A stretch of 64,000 nucleotides of DNA from Candidatus Izemoplasma sp. (GTDB taxonomy: Bacteria; Bacillota_I; Bacilli_A; Izemoplasmatales; Izemoplasmataceae). The DNA lies in assembly GCA_007135105.1 (NCBI GenBank), contig SLJL01000008.1:26736-90735 (forward strand), given 5' to 3'. Below, piece by piece: positions 31,070-43,459 of this stretch. The translations under genes and the position numbers were made by a program. Every line of letters starts with the position of its first letter. Position 1 is the first letter of the stretch. Below the pieces are notes generated by a model that saw nothing but the letters and a program-made list of their open reading frames with translations, was not told the origin of the DNA and made no database searches.

Positions 31070-31854
31070 AGGTATTGTTTCAACTTTTCGTTTTCGATTT
31101 TGTTGCTTTCCAGATGATAGAGCATTTCCAAGGGGAGAAGAAGCTCCAAGTTTGATTTTTCCAGGGTTTCCTTGTCTTTAAGAATGGATTGTGAAGATCC
31201 TTCTTTCAGAATCTCGCCGTTTTTCAAGACGATGATACGATCGCTTTCAACCGCTTCTTTCATCTCATGGGTGATGGTGATGATGGTTGTGCCTTCCCGG
31301 TTCAACTCACGCATGTATTCCAAAATTTTACGACGGCCCTTGGGATCGAGCATTGCCGTGGCTTCATCAAAGATGATGACATCGGTTTCCATCGCAAGGA
31401 TTCCAGCGATGGCAGCCCTTTGTTTCTGGCCACCGGAAAGTTGGGATGGTTCCTTGTTTAAAAAGTCGAACATGTCGACTTTCTTGGAAAAGACATCGAT
31501 GCGTCTCAACATCTCCTCGCGTTCTATCTGTATGTTTTCCAGTCCGAAAGCGATGTCATCGCGAACGGTGACACCGACGAATTGATTATCGGGATTTTGA
31601 AAGACGATACCGATTTTACGTCTGATATCTTGGACGGTCTCTTCATTCAAGGTGATGCCGTCGACCTTGATGGTGCCGGTTTTTGCCTTCAGCAATCCAA
31701 CCAATAATTTCGACAGGGTGCTTTTACCGCTGCCGTTGTGTCCGAGAATGGTGATCCATTCCCCTTTATTTATGGTTAAATCAACGTTTTTAAGTGCAGA
31801 GATCTCCTTGGTATAGTAAAAGGAAACGCCTGTCATTTCTATCATCGGATGCAT
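31045..31854 (-). CDS. ecfA1: ECF transporter ATPase component A1
   Basis: ABC ATPase with Walker A GHNGSGKST, signature LSGGQKQRAAIA and Walker B VIIFDEATAMLD. The start is uncertain: ATGs at 31860, 31854 and 31845 follow GAGGAG, and the ORF track extends to 31884. Confidence 0.9.
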   Translation of the reverse strand: MHPMIEMTGVSFYYTKEISALKNVDLTINKGEWITILGHNGSGKSTLSKLLVGLLKAKTGTIKVDGITLNEETVQDIRRKIGIVFQNPDNQFVGVTVRDDIAFGLENIQIEREEMLRRIDVFSKKVDMFDFLNKEPSQLSGGQKQRAAIAGILAMETDVIIFDEATAMLDPKGRRKILEYMRELNREGTTIITITHEMKEAVESDRIIVLKNGEILKEGSSQSILKDKETLEKSNLELLLPLEMLYHLESNKIENEKLKQYLWQSSLNA

Positions 31855-31942
31855 CCGCATCAGCTCCTCAAAAATCATTACCATTATATCAAATATCCCT
31901 CTGAATTGCGAAGGAAAACAATGTTTATTATTGAAAACAAAT

Positions 31943-31977
31943 CAAAAAGACGGGCCTATGTTCAAGGCACCGTCTTT
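31943..31977 (-). terminator. Rho-independent terminator after rplQ
   Basis: Minus strand reads AAGACGGTGCC...GGCCCGTCTT followed by TTTTTG, about 20 nt after the rplQ stop. Confidence 0.7.
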
Positions 31978-31996
31978 GATATTGAAAAGATGGTGG

Positions 31997-32356
31997 TTAG
32001 ACGAGTTCGATGATGGCCATTTCAGTGGCGTCGCCACGACGTGGTCCGACTTTCATGATGCGGGTGTAACCGCCTTGACGGTCTTTATAGCGTGGTGCGA
32101 TGTCTTCGAATAGTTTTTGCAGAGCGTTCTTGTCTTCTCCGGCGTCCATGAAACGGACGAATTCGGCAGCGCGACGACGGGATTCCAAAGTGTTCTTCTT
32201 GCCGTGTGTGATCATTTTATCCATGATCCGGCTTACTTCTTTGGCTTTGGTTTCCGTAGTCTCGATGCGTTCATGCAAAATGAGATGGGTGACCAAATCA
32301 CGCAATAAAGCTCTGCGTTGATCGCTTCTACGGTTCAGTTTACGGTAATTAGGCAT
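31997..32356 (-). CDS. rplQ: 50S ribosomal protein L17
   Basis: Start trimmed to ATG 32356 ([21 protein letters not shown]), 8 nt after AGGAGG. Confidence 0.96.
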   Translation of the reverse strand: MPNYRKLNRRSDQRRALLRDLVTHLILHERIETTETKAKEVSRIMDKMITHGKKNTLESRRRAAEFVRFMDAGEDKNALQKLFEDIAPRYKDRQGGYTRIMKVGPRRGDATEMAIIELV

Positions 32357-32368
32357 TATCAAAACCTC

Positions 32369-33328
32369 CTATGAATGTCTGGCAAGTGAAAGATCGAGGT
32401 CCTCGAGCTTTTGCTTGACTTCTTTGAGGGATTTCTTACCGAGGTTTCTGACTTTCATCATGTCTTCTTCTGTTTTTTGTGTCAGTTCCTGTACGGTGTT
32501 GATTCCCGCGCGTTTCAAGCAGTTGTAGCTACGTACGGACAGGTCAAGATCTTCAATTTGCATTTCGAGAATTTGTGAGTTTTGTTCGGACTCACGTTCA
32601 ACCATGTAATCTTCGTCTTTGGCTTTTTCGGATAGCTCGACAATCTGATCAAGCTGGGCAATTAGCATCTTAGCCGCGACACCGAGTGATTCTTTTGGTG
32701 TAATGGCACCATTTGTCTCCAGTTCGATATAGAGTTTGTCGAAATCGGCTTGGTCTTCCACACGCGTTTTTTCCACATCGTACTTAACCCGTTGAACAGG
32801 GGTATAGATGCTGTCGATGGGGATGACGCCGACATTTTTATTGAACGCCTTGTTTTTCTCGGCGCTGACATAGCCGATGCCCCGACGGAGGGTCATGGTG
32901 ATGCGAAGGTGGTACCCTTCATTGATGGTGGCGATGTGTTTATCGCCGTTGACGATGCTGATGTCGATATCGCCTTTTAAGTTGATGTCTTCAGCCTTGA
33001 CTTCTTTGGGCCCTTCGATGTCGATTTCCAGTTCTCTTTCGAAATCGGGGTCGTCGGATTCGACTTTGAAGACAACATCCTTCAAGTTTAGCACAATGGT
33101 GGTAACGTCTTCGACGATGCCGTCCATGGATGAAAATTCATGCTGGACGCCGTCAATTTGGCAGTTGACTATGGCCGCACCGGGTAGGCTTGAGAGTAAT
33201 ATGCGACGCAGGGCGTTTCCGAGTGTGGTGCCGTATCCACGGTCAAGTGGGGTGATTTCAAATTCACCTCTGGTGTCTCCATCATGCAAAATATTGGTTT
33301 CAGGTTTTTCAAATTTTAAGTCTTTCAA
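32369..33328 (-). CDS. rpoA: DNA-directed RNA polymerase subunit alpha
   Basis: 319-aa ORF with a TTG start 8 nt after GGGAGG. Has the N-terminal domain motif GYGTTLGNALRRILLSS and C-terminal domain motif LDLSVRSYNCLKRAGI. Confidence 0.97.
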   Translation of the reverse strand: MKDLKFEKPETNILHDGDTRGEFEITPLDRGYGTTLGNALRRILLSSLPGAAIVNCQIDGVQHEFSSMDGIVEDVTTIVLNLKDVVFKVESDDPDFERELEIDIEGPKEVKAEDINLKGDIDISIVNGDKHIATINEGYHLRITMTLRRGIGYVSAEKNKAFNKNVGVIPIDSIYTPVQRVKYDVEKTRVEDQADFDKLYIELETNGAITPKESLGVAAKMLIAQLDQIVELSEKAKDEDYMVERESEQNSQILEMQIEDLDLSVRSYNCLKRAGINTVQELTQKTEEDMMKVRNLGKKSLKEVKQKLEDLDLSLARHS

Positions 33329-33358
33329 TGGAACAGCCTCCCTTGTTTTGCTTCAATA

Positions 33359-33745
33359 CTAACCGCGTGGACGTTTCGGCGGACGACAACCGTTATGTGG
33401 TACGGGGGTTTCGTCTTTGATAGCCGTAATTTCCAAACCGGCGGTTTGCAATGAGCGAATTGCTGCTTCACGTCCCGGCCCTGGGCCTTTGACGGAAACT
33501 TCTACTTTTTGTACACCGTGCTCCATCGCAGCTTTTGCACAGGCTTCGCTGGCAATTTGTGCTGCGTATGGGGTTGATTTACGCGAACCCTTGAAACCGA
33601 GCGCACCAGCGCTGGTCCAGGCAATGGCATTACCATTTGGATCGGTTACCGTGATGATGGTGTTGTTAAAAGTGGAATGGATATGAGCAACTCCGGAAGG
33701 AATGTTTTTCTTTGCGCGACGTTTGGTTCTCGTTTTACGTGCCAT
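33359..33745 (-). CDS. rpsK: 30S ribosomal protein S11
   Basis: 128-aa ORF containing [18 protein letters not shown]. Confidence 0.97.
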   Translation of the reverse strand: MARKTRTKRRAKKNIPSGVAHIHSTFNNTIITVTDPNGNAIAWTSAGALGFKGSRKSTPYAAQIASEACAKAAMEHGVQKVEVSVKGPGPGREAAIRSLQTAGLEITAIKDETPVPHNGCRPPKRPRG

Positions 33746-33758
33746 ATGTTATTTCCTC

Positions 33759-34124
33759 CTATTTTTTCTTCTTCGCTACCGTTTTACGTGGTCCCTTACG
33801 GGTACGAGCATTGTTACGCGTTTTTTGTCCACGAACGGGCAATTTTCTACGGTGACGCATGCCTCGGTAAGAACCGATTTCCTGCAAGCGTTTGATGTTC
33901 AGGGATACTTCGCGGCGAAGGTCGCCTTCTGTCTTGAATTTTTCAACCTCAGCGCGGATGCGTTTGAGATCGTCGTCACTCAAGTCTTTTACACGAATGT
34001 CCTCTGATACATTTGCGGCTTTAAGAATCTCCTGGGAAACGTTTTTACCGATACCGTAAATATATGTCAATGAAATGACAATTCTTTTGTCTCTGGGAAT
34101 GTCTACTCCTGCGATACGTGCCAT
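33759..34124 (-). CDS. rpsM: 30S ribosomal protein S13
   Basis: 121-aa ORF starting [26 protein letters not shown]. Confidence 0.97.
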   Translation of the reverse strand: MARIAGVDIPRDKRIVISLTYIYGIGKNVSQEILKAANVSEDIRVKDLSDDDLKRIRAEVEKFKTEGDLRREVSLNIKRLQEIGSYRGMRHRRKLPVRGQKTRNNARTRKGPRKTVAKKKK

Positions 34125-34139
34125 ACATGCACCTCCTAT

Positions 34140-34253
34140 TTAACCTTGTCTTTGTTTATGTTTGGGATTGTCACAGATAACCATGACTTTTCCTTTTCGT
34201 TTGATAACTTTGCATTTATCACAAATCTTCTTTACTGATGGTCTTACTTTCAT
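34140..34253 (-). CDS. rpmJ: 50S ribosomal protein L36
   Basis: Not in the ORF track (37 aa). Hand translation gives [37 protein letters not shown]. Lies between infA and rpsM. Confidence 0.93.
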   Translation of the reverse strand: MKVRPSVKKICDKCKVIKRKGKVMVICDNPKHKQRQG

Positions 34254-34281
34254 TCCAATTTCCTCCTTTGGAATTCGTTTC

Positions 34282-34500
34282 TTATTTGTGTCGGTAGGTT
34301 ATGCGCCCACGTGTTAGATCGTAGGGTGAGAGTTCTACCGTGACCTTGTCACCAGGTAGAATGCGTATGTAGTACATACGGATTTTACCTGAAACGTGAG
34401 CTTTGATGGTGTGGCCGTTGTCAAGTTCCACGAGAAATTCCGTGTTGGGTAGTGCCTCGACAATTTTACCTTCCATTTCAAGTTTTTCTTCTTTAGCCAT
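34282..34500 (-). CDS. infA: Translation initiation factor IF-1
   Basis: 72-aa ORF starting [30 protein letters not shown] (S1-like fold). Confidence 0.97.
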   Translation of the reverse strand: MAKEEKLEMEGKIVEALPNTEFLVELDNGHTIKAHVSGKIRMYYIRILPGDKVTVELSPYDLTRGRITYRHK

Positions 34501-35263
34501 GATTGCCTCCTTGGTCGAGTGTGGTTAAAAGTATGGGTTTATCTTCGGTGATCAACACAGTGTGTTCAAAGTGAGCACTTAATGACTGATCAACGGTTAC
34601 AGCGGTCCACTGATCACTTAAAACCTTCACTTCTTTTCTACCACGGTTGACCATCGGCTCGATGGCCAGAGTCATGCCCGGTTTCAATAATGGACCTTTA
34701 CCCGGGGGACCGTAGTTGGGAATCTGAGGATCCTCATGCAGGTTTTTCCCGATGCCGTGTCCGACAAACTCGCGGACGATGCTGTAGCCTCTTTCTTCCG
34801 CATAGGACTGGATGGCGTGGGAAATATCACTGAGTCGTCTGCCGGCGGTTGCTGTTTCAAGCCCGGCATATAAAGCTTTTTCCGTCACTTCCAACAAGGC
34901 ATATGCCTCATCGGAGATGTTACCGATGGGATAGCTCCAAGCGGAGTCACCGTGATAACCTTTGTAGTTGGCACCGATATCGACTTTGAGAATATCGCCG
35001 TTTTTCAGGGTGCGCGTCGTGGATGGTATACCGTGGACGACTTCACTGTTTATCGAAGTGCAGGCACTACCCGGAAAGCCGCCATAACCCTTGAAAGAGG
35101 GTGTTGCGTCGTGTGACCGGATGATGTCCTCAACGATTTGATCGACCTCGGCAGTGCTCATGCCGACTTTAAGATTTTTCTTGACCGCCTGGTGCGCTAA
35201 TGCGACAATACGACCGGCTTCTTGCATCAATTTGATTTCACGTTCACTTTTTCTGCTAATCAA
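34493..35263 (-). CDS. map: Type I methionine aminopeptidase
   Basis: 256-aa ORF with metal-ligand segments ([33 protein letters not shown]). Confidence 0.95.
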   Translation of the reverse strand: MISRKSEREIKLMQEAGRIVALAHQAVKKNLKVGMSTAEVDQIVEDIIRSHDATPSFKGYGGFPGSACTSINSEVVHGIPSTTRTLKNGDILKVDIGANYKGYHGDSAWSYPIGNISDEAYALLEVTEKALYAGLETATAGRRLSDISHAIQSYAEERGYSIVREFVGHGIGKNLHEDPQIPNYGPPGKGPLLKPGMTLAIEPMVNRGRKEVKVLSDQWTAVTVDQSLSAHFEHTVLITEDKPILLTTLDQGGNHG

Positions 35264-35910
35264 GTCAGATCCCTCAGCGCTTTTTTGATATCGCGATATA
35301 CGGCATCGAACGACTGCATGCCGTTGATGTTGATCAGCACACCGCGACCTTTGTAGTAATCGATGATCGGTTTGGTTTTCGATTCATAGATGTTCAACCG
35401 GTTTCTGACCGAATCGATCTGATCATCCTTGCGTTGGTACAGTTCGCCGCCACATTTATCACAGATGCCTTCTTTGTGGGGTGGTTTGAACTTCGTGTGG
35501 TAGGTGTGCCCACAGTTTCTGCAGACCCGTCTTCCGACCATACGCTCCAGGATGATATCCTTATCGACAACGATGTTGATGACAGCTGTCAGTTTCGAGT
35601 TCATTTCGCTTAGCATTTCATCAAGTGCCTCTGCCTGTGTTTCGGTTCTTGGATAGCCATCAAGCAAAAAGCAGCGTTCTGCATCCTTTTTGAGCAATCT
35701 ATTACGAACGATTTCATTGGTGATTTCATCGGAAACAAGGTTGCCCTCATGAATGTAGGCCATGGCTTCTATTCCTAGTTTTTCACCACGTTCATAAGAT
35801 TTTCTGAACATCTCGCCGGTTGAGATGTGTGTCAGATCGTAATCTTCTATCAGTTTTTGCGACTGGCTGCCTTTGCCGGCGCCAGGGGGACCCATCACTA
35901 GGATTTTCAA
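35260..35910 (-). CDS. adk: Adenylate kinase (zinc-lid type)
   Basis: 216-aa ORF with a TTG start after AGGAGG, P-loop [10 protein letters not shown] and lid CRNCGHTYH...CDKCGG. Confidence 0.96.
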   Translation of the reverse strand: MKILVMGPPGAGKGSQSQKLIEDYDLTHISTGEMFRKSYERGEKLGIEAMAYIHEGNLVSDEITNEIVRNRLLKKDAERCFLLDGYPRTETQAEALDEMLSEMNSKLTAVINIVVDKDIILERMVGRRVCRNCGHTYHTKFKPPHKEGICDKCGGELYQRKDDQIDSVRNRLNIYESKTKPIIDYYKGRGVLININGMQSFDAVYRDIKKALRDLT

Positions 35911-35922
35911 GGAAAACGCCTC

Positions 35923-37227
35923 CTAGCGGATGAATCCGCTGTAGCTTTTGCCCTGTACATCGGTTTTGATCTGTTTGGTTGTTTCAATGGCCACCCCGAC
36001 CACGATAAGTAGCGAAGTTCCGCCGACTTGAATATAGGCGGGTAATCCGAAGATCACTGATGTGAAAATCGGGATGGATGCCACAACCAGTAAGTAAAGT
36101 GCACCGATGATCGTTATTCTGAATAAAAGTTTCGAAATGTAGTTTTCGGTTTCAACCCCTGGGCGTATCCCTGGGATGAACGCGTTTTGTTTCTGCAGGT
36201 TGCTCGCCATTTTGTCTGGATTGATCTGAACGAATGAGTAAAAGAACGTGAAGACAAGAATCAATACAGCATAAACGACGTATCCAAGGGGTCTTTGGTA
36301 GTTGAACATTTCGTTTAACCATGTGCCGATTGTGGTATTGGCCAGTTGGGGAAGGAAAGACAGCATCGTCTGCGGTACAGAAAGGATCGTAACTGCGAAG
36401 ATAACTGGAATAACACCGGCAGAGTTGATTTTCAGCGGGATATTCGAGGCCGATTTACCTTTGAATTTGGCACTGGATGGTCTATTTGAATACTGGATGG
36501 GAATTTTACGGTTTGCGCTTTGCATATACGTGACACCGATTAGGATAAGGATAAACATGATGACCACAGTACCGAAAATGGCATAGGAGCCAAAACCGGT
36601 TCCATCAATAACATATTCGCGTGTCAACGATGTGAACATACCGGGCATACCGGCAATGATACCGGCGACAATGATCATGGATGTACCGTTCCCGACACCT
36701 TTTAGGGTAATCTGATCGGCCAACCATAACAGGAACGCTGTTCCTGCGGTCATGACGAGCGCCAAGTATGTGTAGGTCAAGAATGTAGGTTCTACACCGA
36801 TATCGAAAATGGCATCATTGGTGAGCGCAAAACCATAGGTCATACCGAGGGCTTGGATGAATGCCAGGCTGAGTGCGAGATAGCGCGTGACCTGGTTGAT
36901 TTTCTGTTTTCCGGTTTCGCCTTCTTGACTCCATTCTTTCAATATGGGCACAATGTCCATTTGTAGAAGCTGGATGACGATGGAAGCGGTGATGTATGGA
37001 CCAATACCGAGGGCGATGATCGAGTAGTTCGATAGAGCGCTACCGGTAAAGGCGTCCATGATACCTAGAAAACCGCCTTGTCCTTCGAAAAACTGGGTGA
37101 TTTGTGTCGGATTGATAAGCGGCATGGTAATGTAGGTGGCAGCTCTATAGATCAAGAATACCGCCAAAGTGAAAAGAATTTTTCTCATCAAGTCCTTGTT
37201 CTTGAAAACCGCCTTGATCGTTTCCAT
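35923..37227 (-). CDS. secY: Preprotein translocase subunit SecY
   Basis: 434-aa ORF with 10 predicted TM segments, between rplO and adk. Confidence 0.96.
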   Translation of the reverse strand: METIKAVFKNKDLMRKILFTLAVFLIYRAATYITMPLINPTQITQFFEGQGGFLGIMDAFTGSALSNYSIIALGIGPYITASIVIQLLQMDIVPILKEWSQEGETGKQKINQVTRYLALSLAFIQALGMTYGFALTNDAIFDIGVEPTFLTYTYLALVMTAGTAFLLWLADQITLKGVGNGTSMIIVAGIIAGMPGMFTSLTREYVIDGTGFGSYAIFGTVVIMFILILIGVTYMQSANRKIPIQYSNRPSSAKFKGKSASNIPLKINSAGVIPVIFAVTILSVPQTMLSFLPQLANTTIGTWLNEMFNYQRPLGYVVYAVLILVFTFFYSFVQINPDKMASNLQKQNAFIPGIRPGVETENYISKLLFRITIIGALYLLVVASIPIFTSVIFGLPAYIQVGGTSLLIVVGVAIETTKQIKTDVQGKSYSGFIR

Positions 37228-37667
37228 TAAATCACCTCGGTTTTGCCACCAGCAGCCTTGATCTTCTCTTCGGCTGATGCTGTGAATTTATGAGCCTTTA
37301 CAGTGATTTTCTTTTCCAAAGTCCCGTTGCCGAGTACTTTGAGCCCTGATTCCATCTTGCGGATGACGCGGTCACCGAGCAGAAGTTCAGGTGTGATGAC
37401 AGTGCCATCTTCGTATTGATTCAATCGGTCGATGTTAACCGTTGCGTATTCCTTACGGAAAGGATTTTTGAATCCGACTTTTCGCAAACGTTTGTAAAGT
37501 GGTGTTTGACCACCCTCGAAGTCGATGCGTGTGTTGCCGCCCGAACGACTGTTTTGACCGTTATGGCCACGTCCGGCAGTTTTACCGTTACCGCTCGACA
37601 TACCGCGACCGACACGTTTTCTGTTTCTTGTTGAACCGGGGGTTGGTTTTAGTTCATGTAGTTTCAT
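37227..37667 (-). CDS. rplO: 50S ribosomal protein L15
   Basis: 146-aa ORF starting [30 protein letters not shown]. Confidence 0.97.
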   Translation of the reverse strand: MKLHELKPTPGSTRNRKRVGRGMSSGNGKTAGRGHNGQNSRSGGNTRIDFEGGQTPLYKRLRKVGFKNPFRKEYATVNIDRLNQYEDGTVITPELLLGDRVIRKMESGLKVLGNGTLEKKITVKAHKFTASAEEKIKAAGGKTEVI

Positions 37668-37678
37668 AGCGGTACCTC

Positions 37679-37858
37679 CTATTTTTCAACAACGTCCACC
37701 AGATGTGCGACTACGCGCAACATGCCTCTGGTGGTGTCAGTGTCGTTTTTGACGACTGTCTTGTTGATTTTGGTCAAGCCCAGTGCCTGGGCGGTCTTTC
37801 TTTGTTTTGGTGTGGTTGTGATCAAGCTTTTTTTCAATGTGATTTCCAATGTCTTCAT
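37679..37858 (-). CDS. rpmD: 50S ribosomal protein L30
   Basis: Not in the ORF track (59 aa). Hand translation gives [59 protein letters not shown]. The start overlaps the rpsE stop (TAATG). Confidence 0.92.
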   Translation of the reverse strand: MKTLEITLKKSLITTTPKQRKTAQALGLTKINKTVVKNDTDTTRGMLRVVAHLVDVVEK

Positions 37859-38373
37859 TAGCCTAAAATCTCCTTGACGGATTTGCCTCTGGTTCTAGCC
37901 ACTTGTTCGGCGGTACGCAAACGATGGATGGCATCGAAAGTTGCACGGACGATGTTGATAGGAGAATCGGATCCGAGTGATTTGGAAAGTATGTCCGCCA
38001 CACCTGCGGCTTCCAATACGGCACGGACGGGGCCTCCGGCGATAACACCGGTACCTTCTACTGCCGGTTTCAAATAAACGCGACCGCCTCCGTGGCGTCC
38101 GGTGATTTCATGAGGAATGCTGGTTCCATACATGGGAACCTTGACAAAACTTTTCTTTGCTTCTTCAATGGCTTTTTTGATAGCATCGGGTACTTCCTGC
38201 GCTTTACCTGTCCCGAAACCGACATTGCCTTTTTTATCGCCGACAACGACAAGTGCACTAAAACGGAACCGACGGCCACCTTTGACGACCTTGGTTACGC
38301 GTGCAATACTGACGACGCGTTCTTCATAAATGTTTTCTTCTTTTTTTCTACGTTTTCTACGATTTCTTTGCAT
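37858..38373 (-). CDS. rpsE: 30S ribosomal protein S5
   Basis: 171-aa ORF containing [29 protein letters not shown]. Confidence 0.97.
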   Translation of the reverse strand: MQRNRRKRRKKEENIYEERVVSIARVTKVVKGGRRFRFSALVVVGDKKGNVGFGTGKAQEVPDAIKKAIEEAKKSFVKVPMYGTSIPHEITGRHGGGRVYLKPAVEGTGVIAGGPVRAVLEAAGVADILSKSLGSDSPINIVRATFDAIHRLRTAEQVARTRGKSVKEILG

Positions 38374-38388
38374 TGGCTTACCTCCTTA

Positions 38389-38751
38389 TTAGAATTCTAA
38401 TCCTGCAGTGCGTGCAGCTTCAGCTAATGCTTTGATACGTCCGTGATACCGATAACCACTGCGATCGAAGACAACTTTTTTGATGTCTTTTTCAAGCGCA
38501 CGTTTGGCAAGCAGTTCACCGACGAATGTTGCGCCTTCCTTGTTGCTGTTGGTTTCCTTCTTGGAATCTTTATCCAATGTGGAGGCGGCAGCTAGGGTTT
38601 CACCGCTGATATCGTCGATCAATTGGGCAAAAATGTTTCTATTGGAACGATACACGCTCAAACGTGGACGTTGAGGGGTACCGACAAGGGTTTTTCTTGC
38701 TCGTAAATGACGTTTTTTTCGCATTGTGTTTCTTGAAGTTTTATTAATCAT
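38389..38751 (-). CDS. rplR: 50S ribosomal protein L18
   Basis: 120-aa ORF containing [20 protein letters not shown]...[20 protein letters not shown]. Confidence 0.97.
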   Translation of the reverse strand: MINKTSRNTMRKKRHLRARKTLVGTPQRPRLSVYRSNRNIFAQLIDDISGETLAAASTLDKDSKKETNSNKEGATFVGELLAKRALEKDIKKVVFDRSGYRYHGRIKALAEAARTAGLEF

Positions 38752-38770
38752 CTTTTGTCACTCCTAACTG

Positions 38771-39307
38771 CTATTTAGCAGTTTTTCCTTCTTTACGACG
38801 TACTTGTTCGTCGATGTAACGAATGCCTTTACCAAGATATGGCTCGGGTTTTCTTACAGCGCGTACGTTTGCGGCGAATTCGCCGACTTGTTGTTTATTG
38901 ATTCCCGCAATGGAAATCTGTGTGTTTTTGACAACTTCAACTGTCAATCCTTGGGGAATATTCAGTTCGACCGGATTCGAGTAACCGGCATTGACAACAA
39001 GTGTGGTGCCTCTAAGTTGTGCGCGGTATCCGACGCCGACCATTTTAAGTTTTTTCGTGTAACCTTCACTGACACCGATGACTAGGTTCAATAATAGTGA
39101 ACGCGCCGTGCCGTGCAGGGTACGATCCGTTTTGGTGTCGCCGGGGCGTTCCACGCGGATGGTGTTGTCTTCCACGGTAACGGCCATGGTTTCATGAACG
39201 TCCATGGATAAAGTTCCCTTTGGACCTTTCACGGTCACGGTTTTTCCATCCAGTGACGCGGTGACACCTTGAGGTAAGGTGATGGGTTTATTCCCAGTTC
39301 GACTCAT
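38771..39307 (-). CDS. rplF: 50S ribosomal protein L6
   Basis: 178-aa ORF starting [16 protein letters not shown], in spc-operon order. Confidence 0.97.
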   Translation of the reverse strand: MSRTGNKPITLPQGVTASLDGKTVTVKGPKGTLSMDVHETMAVTVEDNTIRVERPGDTKTDRTLHGTARSLLLNLVIGVSEGYTKKLKMVGVGYRAQLRGTTLVVNAGYSNPVELNIPQGLTVEVVKNTQISIAGINKQQVGEFAANVRAVRKPEPYLGKGIRYIDEQVRRKEGKTAK

Positions 39308-39329
39308 GGTTAGTACCTCCTTTGATTGA

Positions 39330-39725
39330 TTACCATACGTATGCTAGAATTTCGCCGCCAACGTTTTGTTTGCGGGCTTCTCTGTCTGAAATGATGCCTT
39401 TTGATGTGGACAGGACGGCGATGCCGAGTCCATTGAGGACTTTGGGGATTTCCCCACTTTGAGCATAGACGCGCAACCCTGGCTTCGAGATGCGTTTCAA
39501 ACCTTTGACTACACGTTCGTTTTGCATGTAGCGCAAGGTTACACGCAACCGGTTGACGGGTTTGCCTTTGATAAGTTGAATGTTTGCAATATATCCTTCA
39601 TCACGCAATAACTCGAGGACTTGGTGTTTGAGTTTAGACGCTGGAATATCGACGGTTTGTGCTTTCATTTGGTTTGCGTTCCTAATACGCGTTAACATAT
39701 CAGCAATAGGATCTGTCATTACCAT
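39330..39725 (-). CDS. rpsH: 30S ribosomal protein S8
   Basis: Start trimmed to ATG 39725 ([17 protein letters not shown]), 10 nt after GGAGG. Confidence 0.96.
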   Translation of the reverse strand: MVMTDPIADMLTRIRNANQMKAQTVDIPASKLKHQVLELLRDEGYIANIQLIKGKPVNRLRVTLRYMQNERVVKGLKRISKPGLRVYAQSGEIPKVLNGLGIAVLSTSKGIISDREARKQNVGGEILAYVW

Positions 39726-39763
39726 ATTTAAATTGCCTCCTCCCAATACTTAGGAATTTATTT

Positions 39764-40503
<740 letters not shown>

Positions 40504-40523
40504 CCACTGATGCCTCCTTTCTA

Positions 40524-40850
40524 TTAGTCTAAAACCTCTCCGGTTTTCTTCGATACACGGACTTTACGTGTAATTTCTTGTTTTTTATCTGTTTCCTTAA
40601 TGGTTTTGAAGCCTACTCTTGTGGTGCCTTTTTTATCGACGATCATCACGTTTGATGCGTGAATCGGAGCCTCGAATTCCAAAATGCCACCATCTGGATT
40701 TGCTTGAGTAGGTTTTTGGTGCTTCTTGACAATGTTGATGCCTTCGATGAGTACACGGTCGGTTTTCGGGTATGTCTTGATGACGTTACCTTCCTTGCCG
40801 CGGTCTTCACCGGAGATGACACGTACTTTGTCGCCTTTTTTGATTTTCAT
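40524..40850 (-). CDS. rplX: 50S ribosomal protein L24
   Basis: 108-aa ORF with KOW start [21 protein letters not shown]. Confidence 0.96.
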   Translation of the reverse strand: MKIKKGDKVRVISGEDRGKEGNVIKTYPKTDRVLIEGINIVKKHQKPTQANPDGGILEFEAPIHASNVMIVDKKGTTRVGFKTIKETDKKQEITRKVRVSKKTGEVLD

Positions 40851-40868
40851 ATGTCTTCCTCCTACTCT

Positions 40869-41237
40869 TTATAGTACTTCGGGTGCGAGCGACAGGATTT
40901 TCATGAAGCCTTCCTCACGAAGCTCGCGGGCCACCGGACCGAATATACGGGTTCCTCGTGGTGATTTGTCATCACGTACGATTACAGCGGCGTTGTCGTC
41001 GAATTTGATGTAGGTCCCATCCTTACGACGGACCTTTTTGGCGGTACGGACAATGACGGCTTTTACAAGTTCGCCCTTTTTCACTTGTCCACCCGGCGTG
41101 GCGTGTTTGACAGTTGCGGTGATTATATCGCCGATAGATGCGTATCTTCTACCCGAACCACCGAGAATTTTGACGGCCAGTATTTCTTTAGCGCCTGAAT
41201 TATCAGCGACTTTCAATCTTGATTCTTGTTGAATCAT
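40869..41237 (-). CDS. rplN: 50S ribosomal protein L14
   Basis: 122-aa ORF starting [18 protein letters not shown]. Confidence 0.98.
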   Translation of the reverse strand: MIQQESRLKVADNSGAKEILAVKILGGSGRRYASIGDIITATVKHATPGGQVKKGELVKAVIVRTAKKVRRKDGTYIKFDDNAAVIVRDDKSPRGTRIFGPVARELREEGFMKILSLAPEVL

Positions 41238-41262
41238 CCTAAGAACCTCCTCTTCTAAAGCT

Positions 41263-41523
41263 CTATACGAGAACCTTACTCTCTACGATTTCAAGCAAGC
41301 GGAACCTTTTCGTCTTGGAAAGGGGACGAGTCTCCATAATCCGGACGACGTCTCCGACTTTGGCTTGATTATTTTCATCATGTGTAGCGAATTTTTTCGT
41401 GTGTTTGACACGTTTGCCATATTTGGGATGTCTGATATAGCTTTCGACCATGACGGCTATCGTCTTGTCTGCGTTGGTTGAGACGACGGTGCCAGTCAGG
41501 ACTCTACGATCGTTACGTTCCAT
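41263..41523 (-). CDS. rpsQ: 30S ribosomal protein S17
   Basis: 86-aa ORF containing [22 protein letters not shown]. Confidence 0.97.
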   Translation of the reverse strand: MERNDRRVLTGTVVSTNADKTIAVMVESYIRHPKYGKRVKHTKKFATHDENNQAKVGDVVRIMETRPLSKTKRFRLLEIVESKVLV

Positions 41524-41540
41524 ATAATTCTCCTCTCGCC

Positions 41541-41732
41541 TTATTTCGCGCTACGCTCATTGAGGACTGTTTTCATGCGCGCAATCGCTTTTTTGACATT
41601 ACTAATACGAGCTGTGTTTTCTAGTTGACCGGTCGCTTGTTGGAAGCGTAGGTCGAACAGTTCCTTCTTAAGGGTAACAATTTCTTCGTTGATTTTAGCA
41701 CTGTCCATTTCTCTAATTTCATTAGTTTTCAC
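41541..41732 (-). CDS. rpmC: 50S ribosomal protein L29
   Basis: Contains the L29 core [29 protein letters not shown] favour the GTG at 41732 (VKTNEIRE); the ORF track extends to another GTG at 41744. Overlaps the rplP 3' end. Confidence 0.9.
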   Translation of the reverse strand: MKTNEIREMDSAKINEEIVTLKKELFDLRFQQATGQLENTARISNVKKAIARMKTVLNERSAK

Positions 41733-42150
41733 TAAAATCACCACTTTCCTTCTTGATCACTTTCGTCCTGACGGGTAATTTGTGTGCCGCGAGACGAAGT
41801 GCTTCATTGGCCACTTCTTCAGTGACACCGGCGACTTCGAACATCACAGTACCTTCTTTTACGACTGCGACGAAGTGTTCAGGCGCACCTTTACCGGAGC
41901 CCATACGGACTTCAAGCGGTTTGGCGGTCTTGGCAATATGTGGGAAAATTCTGATCCATACTTTACCTTGACGTTTCATGAAGCGGTTTAATGCAACACG
42001 TGCAGATTCGATTTGACGTGCGGTGATCCAAGCTCCCTCAAGGGATTGAAGACCGTAGTCGCCGAAGCTGACCGTAGTACCGCCTTTTGCTTTTCCTTCG
42101 TATGATACACGGTGAGGGCGTCTGTATTTGGTTCTTTTGGGAATTAACAT
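41722..42150 (-). CDS. rplP: 50S ribosomal protein L16
   Basis: Start trimmed to ATG 42150 ([14 protein letters not shown]), just after the rpsC stop. Confidence 0.96.
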   Translation of the reverse strand: MLIPKRTKYRRPHRVSYEGKAKGGTTVSFGDYGLQSLEGAWITARQIESARVALNRFMKRQGKVWIRIFPHIAKTAKPLEVRMGSGKGAPEHFVAVVKEGTVMFEVAGVTEEVANEALRLAAHKLPVRTKVIKKESGDFSEN

Positions 42151-42151
42151 A

Positions 42152-42802
42152 TTAATTGGCCCCCCTTTTCTTTTTTGGCAGGATTTCACCTTTGTAAATC
42201 CATACTTTCACACCTAGTTTTCCGTAAGTGGTGCTAGCCTCAACGCCGGAAAAATCAATATCCGCGCGGAGTGTATGTAGTGGGACGTTACCTTCACTAT
42301 ACCCCTCGCTGCGTGACATTTCTGCACCGCCGAGTCTTCCGGAAACAAGTGTTTTGCAACCTTTGGCTCCACTGCGCATGGCGCGCTGGATAGCCATTTT
42401 TTGAACACGTCTGAATGAAGCGCGGTTTTCAAGCTGCTTGGCAATGCCTTGAGCAACAAGTTGCGCATCGAGTTCAGGTTTTTTTATTTCAACGACATTT
42501 AGAATGATCGTTTTATCGGTAAGTTCTTTGAGTTTCTCAACAACTTGATTTTTGACAGACCCTTCACGACCGATTACCATACCTGGTTTCGCTGTGTGAA
42601 CAGTAATGACAATACGTTTCTTCAAGCGTTCGATTTCGATTCTGCTGACGGCCGCATTTTCATAAAGTTCTTCGAGCATATCCCGAATTTTAATATCTTC
42701 ATGCAATAAATCGGCAACATCGTTCTTGTCTGCATACCAACGAGAATCCCAATCTCTGATAATGCCAATACGTAATCCGACTGGACTTACTTTCTGACCC
42801 AT
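42152..42802 (-). CDS. rpsC: 30S ribosomal protein S3
   Basis: 216-aa ORF starting [24 protein letters not shown] (KH domain). Confidence 0.98.
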   Translation of the reverse strand: MGQKVSPVGLRIGIIRDWDSRWYADKNDVADLLHEDIKIRDMLEELYENAAVSRIEIERLKKRIVITVHTAKPGMVIGREGSVKNQVVEKLKELTDKTIILNVVEIKKPELDAQLVAQGIAKQLENRASFRRVQKMAIQRAMRSGAKGCKTLVSGRLGGAEMSRSEGYSEGNVPLHTLRADIDFSGVEASTTYGKLGVKVWIYKGEILPKKKRGAN

Positions 42803-42815
42803 GTGATTCCCTCCT

Positions 42816-43151
42816 TTACGCTTTCTCAGCCACGACGATGGTCGTGTGGCTGGTTCTTTTCAAGATTTGTGTTGCGCTTCCTTGAGCTCTGGGTCTGATA
42901 CGCTTAAGCGTAGGACCTTCGTTCACGAAAACATCTTTAATGTATAGGTTTTCGGTATCCATATTATAGTTATGTTCCGCATTTGCAACGGCCGATTTTA
43001 AAAGTTTTTCAACCATTGGTGCGGCAGCCTTCGGCGTATGCTTCAGAATGGAAAACGCCTCGCCAATGTCTTTGCCTCTAACAAGGTCAATGACGAGCTT
43101 GACTTTACGAGAAGAAATGCGAACAGTCTTCGCTTGTGCTATAGCTTCCAT
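42816..43151 (-). CDS. rplV: 50S ribosomal protein L22
   Basis: 111-aa ORF in the S10-operon position between rpsS and rpsC. Confidence 0.96.
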   Translation of the reverse strand: MEAIAQAKTVRISSRKVKLVIDLVRGKDIGEAFSILKHTPKAAAPMVEKLLKSAVANAEHNYNMDTENLYIKDVFVNEGPTLKRIRPRAQGSATQILKRTSHTTIVVAEKA

Positions 43152-43162
43152 GATATCCTCCT

Positions 43163-43441
43163 CTACTTCCTTGTAGCTTTCTTGTCTTTTTCGTGTCCAC
43201 GGTAAGTTCTAGTAGGAGCGAACTCTCCCAGTTTGTGACCAACCATGTCCTCGGTTATGTATACAGGAACATGTTCTCTTCCGTTATAAACCGCAATTGT
43301 GTGTCCAACGAATTGTGGAAAAATCGTAGAGCGTCTAGACCACGTTTGAATGACTTTTTTCTTGCTTTCTTTGTTCATTGCTTCAACTTTATTCATAAGG
43401 TGCTCGTCGCAAAACGGCCCTTTCTTAACTGAACGTGCCAT
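43163..43441 (-). CDS. rpsS: 30S ribosomal protein S19
   Basis: 92-aa ORF starting [19 protein letters not shown] and containing [16 protein letters not shown]. Confidence 0.98.
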   Translation of the reverse strand: MARSVKKGPFCDEHLMNKVEAMNKESKKKVIQTWSRRSTIFPQFVGHTIAVYNGREHVPVYITEDMVGHKLGEFAPTRTYRGHEKDKKATRK

Positions 43442-43459
43442 ATATGAGTTCCTCCTTTC